Origin: Acidobacteriota bacterium
Lineage (GTDB): Bacteria; Acidobacteriota; UBA6911; JACQSX01
Length of the DNA stretch: 23,723 nucleotides
Reading direction: 5' to 3'
Assembly: GCA_036507075.1 (NCBI GenBank)
Contig: DASXQR010000226.1
Location: 1-23,723 of the forward strand
Shown: positions 7,145-13,830 of the stretch, in pieces
How the letters are laid out: each line of letters opens with the position of its first letter
Position numbering within the stretch: the first letter of the stretch is position 1
Notes under the pieces: generated by a model
The model's input: the letters and a program-made list of their open reading frames with translations, nothing else
Database searches by the model: none
What the model was told of the DNA's origin: nothing
Position numbers and translations under genes: made by a program

Positions 7145-8224
7145 CTATTTAGTGTAGAACTCATGCAGCAGTCCATGGAAGTGGTGCACGCCGTTCTCGC
7201 GCTGTGGAGAATAGGGACCGCTCGTGTAATGACGCGATCGAAGCCCGCGCTGCACGGACTGGCATACGTCGATGTCCTCTATTTGGATCTCGTCGCTGAA
7301 CTCAACAGTGCGCGTCAGGGCCTGTTTGGTTTCCGGAAGCTCGGGGTTGCGGAAGTACCATTCAAACACCGTCAAAGTGCGGCCCGGCTCCAGCGGCACG
7401 ATCAAATTAGTCGAAAAATTGTCCGGATAAAAATTCAACATCAAGTTGGGAAAAATCCAGAAGTACTGTGCTTCGTTTTCCGGCTGCGATTGGTCCACTG
7501 CAATGCGGGTCCCACTGCGGCGAATGGGAGAATGCTGGATGGAATAGTATCTTCGGGTTTCCGTGCGGTACCTGCTGTAATCGATCTCGCGGTAAAGGGA
7601 GGGGTGCACAATGGGGATGTGATAGCCCTCCAGGTAATTGTCTACGTACACTTTCCAGTTGCACTCGATGTACCAGTCCTTGCGCGCAACCGGCTGCATC
7701 GCGCTCCAGTCCGACCGGCCGATGCGCGCCGGCAGATCTTCGAGGAATTCCGCCAGTGACGGCCCGCCGGGTTCCAATTTGACAAAAATCAGCGGGCCCC
7801 AGGTGTCCACCTGGAAAAGCGGCAAGTCTCCGGCCTGGTCGACAAAGCACTCGGGGCCCTCAAAATCCGGCGTGCCCAGCAGGCGCCCGTCAAGCTGGTA
7901 GGTCCAGCCGTGATAGGAGCATTGAAACAGCTTTCGATTCCCCTTTCCCTCGGCCACTGGGCCGGCGCGATGGCGGCACACATTGGAAAGAGCGCGCAGC
8001 TTGTTGTCGTGGCCGCGCGCGACAATCACCGGTTCGCCGGCGATGTCGGCGGTAAAGTAGTCGCCCGCGGAGGCTGCCTGCTCAGTGCGTCCGACGAGCT
8101 GCCAGGTGCGCCCAAAAATTTGAGTTTTTTCGCGCTCGAAAACTTCAGCGTCTGTGTACCACTGCGCCGGCAAGGTTCGAGCCAGTGGTATGTTTTTTTC
8201 GAATTGAAAACCAGGGAGTTTCAT
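7145..8224 (-). CDS. Rieske non-heme iron oxygenase alpha subunit, CntA/choline-monooxygenase-like
   Basis: Rieske ligands CRH...CSYHGW; mononuclear Fe motif NWKVYVDNYLEGYHIPIVHP; EDIDVCQSVQRGL; ENGVHHFH. Confidence 0.93.
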   Translation of the reverse strand: MKLPGFQFEKNIPLARTLPAQWYTDAEVFEREKTQIFGRTWQLVGRTEQAASAGDYFTADIAGEPVIVARGHDNKLRALSNVCRHRAGPVAEGKGNRKLFQCSYHGWTYQLDGRLLGTPDFEGPECFVDQAGDLPLFQVDTWGPLIFVKLEPGGPSLAEFLEDLPARIGRSDWSAMQPVARKDWYIECNWKVYVDNYLEGYHIPIVHPSLYREIDYSRYRTETRRYYSIQHSPIRRSGTRIAVDQSQPENEAQYFWIFPNLMLNFYPDNFSTNLIVPLEPGRTLTVFEWYFRNPELPETKQALTRTVEFSDEIQIEDIDVCQSVQRGLRSRHYTSGPYSPQRENGVHHFHGLLHEFYTK

Positions 8225-8241
8225 TACTTCATTGAGCTCTC

Positions 8242-8584
8242 AAATGCGGGTTTTCGGAATGCGGAATGCGGAATGGGGAATGGGGAATGCGGAATGGGGA
8301 ATGGGGAATGGGGAATGGGGAATGGGGAATGGGGAATGCGGAATGGGGAATGCGGAATGCGGAATGGGAAATGGGAAATGAGGGATGTGGAATCAATATG
8401 TGTGGCCCACAACCGTTTGAAGCTGAGATCCGCAATCCGAAATCCAAATTGTCCCTTCCACGTCCGGCCGTCCCCTTTCCGCCTTCTGCCTTCTGCCCCC
8501 TGCCTTCCGCCTTCCGCTTTCTGCCTTCCGCCTTCTGCCTCCTGCCTTCCGTATTCCGCATTCCGCATTCCGAAATCCGCATTT
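8242..8584. repeat. Composite heptamer tandem-repeat palindrome
   Basis: 16 GGAATG(C/G) units (8256-8367) plus 3-4 degenerate units, an ATCCGCA/ATCCGAA run at about 8428-8449, a CTGCCTT/CCGCCTT run at about 8479-8551, and a closing ATTCCGC run (8553-8584) complementary to the left end. Confidence 0.92.
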
Positions 8585-8613
8585 GGGCCCCGCTTCCTCC
8601 CTTGGCAAAGATA

Positions 8614-9936
8614 TCACGCCTTCAACCGCTTCATCAGCACATACGCCGGGTAACTGGCAGCCAGCAGCATCAGGGCATTGATGCTGTTGCGCGTATCTCC
8701 TGCCACGGCACCCAGCAGGAAAAATACGGAGCCGGCAAAAGCAATCCCCGTCGTCCACGGGTAACCCCACGCTCGATAGGGTCGGTTCAGCAGCGGCTCG
8801 CGCCGCCGAAGAATGAATAAAGACAGGAATGAAAGAGTGTAAGCAGCCACGAAAAAGAACGCGAGCACGGCAATGATCTTTTCGAATGTGCCGCTCAGGA
8901 CGAAGAAAAGCGCAACCGCAGTGCCGCAGGCAAGTGAAATGGTCGGAGTCCCGCCGGCGTTTACTTTTACCGCGGCCCGCGAGAAAAGGCCGTCGCGGCT
9001 CATCGAAAATAACACCCGGCTTGCCATCAGATGATAGGCGTTGATGCCGCTCAGCATTGAGATGATGGTGAGCGATCGCACGACGGTATCACCGTAACGA
9101 CCAAAAACGACATCGGCAGCGGCGCCAATTGCAAGCGTTTTGCCGGCCAGTTGCCCGATGGGGATTACATAGAGGAGAGCCAGGTTCACCAAAAGATAGA
9201 TCACGATGATCGACAGCACGCCGCCAAACAAAGCCCGGGGAATTTCGCGCCCTGGATGGCGCACTTCCTCGGAAAAATAGATGACGCCCGTCCAGCCGTC
9301 ATAGGTAAAGATTACTGCCTGCAGCGCGAGGATAAACGCCACAAGCAGTGAAGCGCCTCCAGGCAGAAGCTGCGGGAAGTTTGCCGAAGGAGCCCGGTCC
9401 GAGAGCGTGAAGCACGCGATCACCAAACCGAGGAATCCCAGCGCCTTGAGCGAGCTGGTGACATTCTGAATGGAACTTCCCCAGCGGATTCCCCGCCACT
9501 GAAGTACGGCAAACAGAATCACAATAAAGGCCGCACTTGAGGTGGTCTTGCCGCGCAGGAGTTCGAACAACGCGCCGCTGTACTCGCCGATCAGGATTGA
9601 GACGGCCGCCGCCGTTCCGCAAGTCGCCAGCCAGTCGGTCCAACCCACCACGAATCCCGCGTAGGGTCCGAGGGCGCGGCGGGCAAAGACGTACTGGCCG
9701 CCTGAAACGGGAATCGCTGTCGCCAGTTCCGCAATCGAAATGGCGCCCAGCAGCGCGTAGCATCCACCCAGCACCCATGCGCCCAGAAAGAGCCACGGTG
9801 AAGGCAGCAGTGCGGCGATTTGGCCGGGCGCTCGCAGAATCCCGGCGCCGATGGTGTTTCCGATAATAACGGCCAGGCCAAAGCCCGCGCCGAGGACTTG
9901 CAGCAATCGACCGGGGTTCGCCGTCTTTTCAGGCAC
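8614..9936 (-). CDS. APC-family amino acid/polyamine permease
   Basis: TM1 GNTIGAGI, AELATAIPVSGGQYVF, TM6 FTYDGW..SEEV, RPYRAWGYP; about 12 hydrophobic segments; GTG start. Confidence 0.95.
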   Translation of the reverse strand: MPEKTANPGRLLQVLGAGFGLAVIIGNTIGAGILRAPGQIAALLPSPWLFLGAWVLGGCYALLGAISIAELATAIPVSGGQYVFARRALGPYAGFVVGWTDWLATCGTAAAVSILIGEYSGALFELLRGKTTSSAAFIVILFAVLQWRGIRWGSSIQNVTSSLKALGFLGLVIACFTLSDRAPSANFPQLLPGGASLLVAFILALQAVIFTYDGWTGVIYFSEEVRHPGREIPRALFGGVLSIIVIYLLVNLALLYVIPIGQLAGKTLAIGAAADVVFGRYGDTVVRSLTIISMLSGINAYHLMASRVLFSMSRDGLFSRAAVKVNAGGTPTISLACGTAVALFFVLSGTFEKIIAVLAFFFVAAYTLSFLSLFILRRREPLLNRPYRAWGYPWTTGIAFAGSVFFLLGAVAGDTRNSINALMLLAASYPAYVLMKRLKA

Positions 9937-9989
9937 GTGGGCTCATTGAAATGGAAAGCGGCTCGTACTGTGCCTGACCCTCGTCTCGC

Positions 9990-10107
9990 CTTTGTGTCCT
10001 TCGTGTCTTTGTGGTGAAGGTTTCATGCGCAAACTTTCGCAAGTAAGTACTAGAATACTATCGCAGCTCGTCAATTCGTAACTCGCAACTCGTCAACCCG
10101 TAACTCG
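9990..10107. repeat. Solitary 9-mer arm and CAACTCG-type heptamer run in the divergent intergenic region
   Basis: ctttgtgtccttcgtgtctttgtggtgaa (9990-10018); cgcagctcgtcaattcgtaactcgcaactcgtcaacccgtaactcg (10062-10107). Confidence 0.7.
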
Positions 10108-10136
10108 ACTTGCCCATGGTTCGCAAGAAGACGAAG

Positions 10137-11906
10137 ATGACAGACCCGATCACCCGACGGCAATTTATCAAACACTCTTCAACAGCGGCTGCCGGGGCTG
10201 CCGGGGCCGCATTCAGTGCCCGCCGCGTCAGTGCCCGCCCTGCAAACCCTGCCGAGATTGTCGGCGATAAAGAGGTGCTTTCGCCCGTTGGCGCCGTGGC
10301 TGCACCGGCGCTGGCGGCACGGGTAGGCGCAGCCATCCTGCGCGCGGGTGGAAACGCCATGGATGCGGCAGCCGCCGCGTGTCTGGCCTCCGGAACCGCT
10401 TACCCCCATTTTGTATGCGTGGGAGGTTATGTCGCAGCCGGTGTGGTGCTCGAAGGAGGAACAGGGAAGGCCTGGTCGCTGGACGGCAATTCTGTTGCGC
10501 CGGCTCAGGCGCGCGAGGATATGTTCCAGGTCACTCCGCTTACGCGGCCGGCAAAAGGTCTCAACGAAACCGAATACCAGTGCCACGTCGCCGGAGATGC
10601 CAATGTGAATGGGCCGCTGGCAGTGGGAGTGCCGGGCTTTGTGGGCGGCGTTGGCATGCTTTGGGAGCGATGGGGAAAATTGAAGTGGCCGGAGATCGTG
10701 GCTCCATCGCTGGCGCTTCTGGAGGACGGATTTCCCTTCGGGTCGGCAGCCGTGGCGATCAAGTCCAAAGAAGCGGTGATTCGAAAGTTCGAACCGTCCG
10801 CGAGGCACCTGATGCCGGGGGGAAAACTTCCCAAGGCGACCGACGTTTGGCATCGTCCCGACATGGAAAAAACTTTAAAGAGGCTGTCGTCGGCCGGCTG
10901 GCGTGATTTCTATCAGGGCGAGCTGGGCCGAAGAGTTGCCGACTACATTCAAAGCATCGGAGGAATTTTGACCCGCGCAGACATGGCGGCCTTTCACGCG
11001 GGTCTGGAGGAGCCCTACGCGATCACATATCGAAAGGCAAGAATCCACGGCGCCACTCTTTCCAACGGCGCTCTTACCGCGTTGCAGGTTTTGAATATGC
11101 TGGAGTGTTTCGAGCCTGTTTCCGATCAGGAGCCGGCTTACTGGCACCGGCTGGCGGAGATTTTCAAGCTTGCATGGCGCGACCGCCTGCGCTACCTAGG
11201 CGATCCGAAATTCGCGAATGTTCCCATAGACAAGCTTCTCGGCAAAGAATATGCGAGCGCAGGGATTGACACTCTTCGGAAGAATCCCGATTACGTTGAT
11301 CGCACGGCACCGCCCGCGCCCCAGGTGTCGCCTCAGGGAACCGTGCACGTGTCGGCTGCGGACGTTCACGGCAATCTGGTGTCAATTACGATTTCTCAGG
11401 GCGGCTGGCTGGGCTCCTGCGTCACCGTTCCGGAGACCGGACTGGTTCTCGGCCATGGGATGTGTCGCTTTGATCCGCGCCCTGGAAGGCCTAACTCGGT
11501 TCAGGCCCGCAAACGTCCGTTAAATAACGTCTGCCCGATGATTGTGCGCACCAAAGAGCGCGATCTTGCCGCGGGCCTCGCCGGCGGAAGAAGGATTGTC
11601 AGCGTCAGCGCGCAGATCGTTCAGCGACTGCTCGATCAGCACGCGACGCCGCTGCAGGCAGTGACGGCTTCGCGCATGCACATTGAGACGAGCGAGCCGA
11701 TGGAGGTAGAGCAAAGGCTTGACGGCTCCCTGCGTTCCAGGCTCGCTGAAATGGGACATGAGATCATCACCGTCAAGCAGGTTGGAAGCGCGGCAGCCGT
11801 CGCCGGCTTGTTGAAACCGGAGCGAATGGTCCGCGCCGCGGGCAATTCTGGCGCCGCGGGCGTCGTGAAAAGCGGAAAGCGGAAGGTAGAAAGCGGAAAG
11901 CGATGA
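10137..11906 (+). CDS. Tat-exported gamma-glutamyltransferase-family Ntn-hydrolase with a divergent active site
   Basis: Tat motif TRRQFIK; GGNAMDAAAA, AVGVPG, FYQGELG, DRLRYLGDP; nucleophile segment G|TVHVSAADVHGNLVS; oxyanion-hole GG in LAGGRRI. Start may be 10116 or 10137 (ORF track gives TTG 10110). Confidence 0.9.
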   Translation: MTDPITRRQFIKHSSTAAAGAAGAAFSARRVSARPANPAEIVGDKEVLSPVGAVAAPALAARVGAAILRAGGNAMDAAAAACLASGTAYPHFVCVGGYVAAGVVLEGGTGKAWSLDGNSVAPAQAREDMFQVTPLTRPAKGLNETEYQCHVAGDANVNGPLAVGVPGFVGGVGMLWERWGKLKWPEIVAPSLALLEDGFPFGSAAVAIKSKEAVIRKFEPSARHLMPGGKLPKATDVWHRPDMEKTLKRLSSAGWRDFYQGELGRRVADYIQSIGGILTRADMAAFHAGLEEPYAITYRKARIHGATLSNGALTALQVLNMLECFEPVSDQEPAYWHRLAEIFKLAWRDRLRYLGDPKFANVPIDKLLGKEYASAGIDTLRKNPDYVDRTAPPAPQVSPQGTVHVSAADVHGNLVSITISQGGWLGSCVTVPETGLVLGHGMCRFDPRPGRPNSVQARKRPLNNVCPMIVRTKERDLAAGLAGGRRIVSVSAQIVQRLLDQHATPLQAVTASRMHIETSEPMEVEQRLDGSLRSRLAEMGHEIITVKQVGSAAAVAGLLKPERMVRAAGNSGAAGVVKSGKRKVESGKR

Positions 11907-11949
11907 AATCCTGATTGTCTCAGGAGAATTTTTCGCGCCTGAAGAAAAC

Positions 11950-12084
11950 AAAAGCCGTCTACGAGCACGAGCACAACCACGTCAACGTCAACGTCCACCA
12001 ACTACTCCTCGCGCTTGCAAAGCTTTTTCGTCTGCGTCGACGTGACCGTGGTCGTTGACGTGGTCGTGCACGTAGACGGCTTTT
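11950..12084. repeat. Hexamer-type palindromic element between convergent genes (possible bidirectional terminator)
   Basis: aaaagccgtctacgagcacga (11950-11970) versus tcgtgcacgtagacggctttt (12064-12084), 1 mismatch; inner CACG/AACGTC hexamer runs; A-tract on the left and T-tract on the right. Confidence 0.85.
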
Positions 12085-12116
12085 TGATTGCCAAATTTTT
12101 GCCCGATTGCCGCCGT

Positions 12117-13736
12117 TCAGTAATGAAACCGGAACCATACAAAGAACCCGTACAGCGACAGAATAATTCCCACGAACAGCGCCCACCAGATTCTGAAATC
12201 TTTCCACCCGCGATAGCGCTTCTGCAGATCCGGAGGCAGCGGAGCATAGGCCGGCTTCCAGATAATTCCTTCAGTGCGCTCGCGAGGCGGCGGCGCCGTC
12301 AGCAAGGAAACGATGATCATTACAAGCATGCAGAATATCCACGCCAGCAGCGCGCGATGCAGATAATTGTTGTACGGGCGAAGCAGAACAACGTGGGGAA
12401 AAATGTACCTTTCAAGCACGTAAGTAAACGGAAAGCCGGAAAGAATTGTTGCCATCGCCGCGGCAGCAGTGGCGCGCCGCCATAGAATTCCCATGGTGAA
12501 GACCACCGCAAAAGGCGGCGCGATGTATGCGAATACGTTTTGTATCAGCAAAAACGCGAAGGATCCCTTCAGCGATCCATAGTAGCAGGCGATTCCGATG
12601 CCCATTGCCAGCACCGCCACGCACACCCACTGGCCAAAACGCACCTGCCTTTCTTCGGATATGGGCCGCTTGCGCAGCTTGGCGAAGATGTCGTAGGTGA
12701 TGATGGTTGAAGTGGAATTCATCACGGCCGACAGCGTTGACATGAGCGCGGCCGCCAGTCCGGCCATGATAAAACCCCGCAACCCCTGCGGAACCAGCGA
12801 AGCTACCAGCGTTGGGTACGCGTGATCCGGCCGGTCAAGGTGTGGGAACAGCTTGAAGGCGATGATCCCGGGAACCGCCACAATGAACGGCATGACGATG
12901 TGCAAAAACCCCGCGAAAACCACTCCCATGCGGGCGTTCCATTCATCCCTGGCGGCCAGGCATCGCTGCACCGTATGCTGGCTGGCGCAGTTGTACCAGA
13001 TGCCGACGCTCAGAAATCCGGTGAAAACACCCGTGGCGGGGAAAATCTTATGTGTTGGTGGCAGGAAAAGCTGGAACTTCGAGGGATTGTCCGTGACGAG
13101 CTGAAAAAGGCCGCCCACCTTCCACAGTCCCAGCGTCACTACCAACACGCCGGCAAACATCAGCAGGATTAACTGGAACAAATCCGTCCACGCGACCGAT
13201 GTCATGCCCCCATACACCGTGTACACGCCGGTTGCCAAACCGAGTAACACAATGGCGGTGTAAATATTCATCCCAAAAAGGCTTTCCAGCGCTTCGGCGC
13301 CCGCAAACAAAACCCCGCCCACCAGCGAAAAGATGTAGCCGACGGTCAGGAACAGCGTGTATAAAACCCGCAGCGCGGGGCTGTATCGGCGCTCCAGGAA
13401 TTCCGGCATAGTGGAAAGCCCGGTGCGCATGTAGTAAGGAAGAAACACCCAGATCAGCAGGCTGTAAACCAGCCACGCGTTCCATCCAAAAGCGCCCACC
13501 ACCATTCCCGTGGCATAGCTGGCGCCGGCGCTTCCAATGAAGTGTTCCGTGCTCACCACGGTGGCAACCAGCGACCCGCCGACGACATACCAGGGAAGTT
13601 TTCTGCCCGCGAGGAAATAGTCCTTGAGCGTTTTCTGTTCGCGGCGCGCGGCATAGAAGCCCACCGCCATCGTCATCAGCATGTAGGCGATAAAAATCGC
13701 CAGATCAAAGTTGTTGAGCGAAACCCGGGAGTTCAT
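12117..13736 (-). CDS. Sodium:solute symporter (SSS/SLC5, sugar/inositol-like branch)
   Basis: DYFLAGRKLPW, STEHFIG, TMPEFLERRY, YTVYGGMTSVAWTDLFQ, WY..ASQHTVQRCLAA, AALMSTLSAVMNSTSTIITYD. Confidence 0.96.
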   Translation of the reverse strand: MNSRVSLNNFDLAIFIAYMLMTMAVGFYAARREQKTLKDYFLAGRKLPWYVVGGSLVATVVSTEHFIGSAGASYATGMVVGAFGWNAWLVYSLLIWVFLPYYMRTGLSTMPEFLERRYSPALRVLYTLFLTVGYIFSLVGGVLFAGAEALESLFGMNIYTAIVLLGLATGVYTVYGGMTSVAWTDLFQLILLMFAGVLVVTLGLWKVGGLFQLVTDNPSKFQLFLPPTHKIFPATGVFTGFLSVGIWYNCASQHTVQRCLAARDEWNARMGVVFAGFLHIVMPFIVAVPGIIAFKLFPHLDRPDHAYPTLVASLVPQGLRGFIMAGLAAALMSTLSAVMNSTSTIITYDIFAKLRKRPISEERQVRFGQWVCVAVLAMGIGIACYYGSLKGSFAFLLIQNVFAYIAPPFAVVFTMGILWRRATAAAAMATILSGFPFTYVLERYIFPHVVLLRPYNNYLHRALLAWIFCMLVMIIVSLLTAPPPRERTEGIIWKPAYAPLPPDLQKRYRGWKDFRIWWALFVGIILSLYGFFVWFRFHY

Positions 13737-13761
13737 CCGTATCGGATCGAGGACAGATTAC

Positions 13762-13818
13762 CCTGGTGCCTTTGTGTCTTCGCGGTGAAGAGAAATGAAC
13801 CACTAAGACACCAAGGCA
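13762..13818. repeat. Back-to-back 9-mer hairpin
   Basis: cctggtgcctttgtgtcttcgcggtgaa (13762-13789) pairs with aaccactaagacaccaaggca (13798-13818). Confidence 0.8.
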
Positions 13819-13830
13819 GTCCGGGCGGCA

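Noticed and set aside
7910..8820. Overlapping ORFs 7910..8653, 8224..8568, 8229..8582, 8266..8820, 8393..8770 with GMGNGEW / FRIPHSP repeats
   Set aside because: They are translations of the heptamer array, which lacks stops in most frames, and several overlap real genes on the other strand or in another frame.
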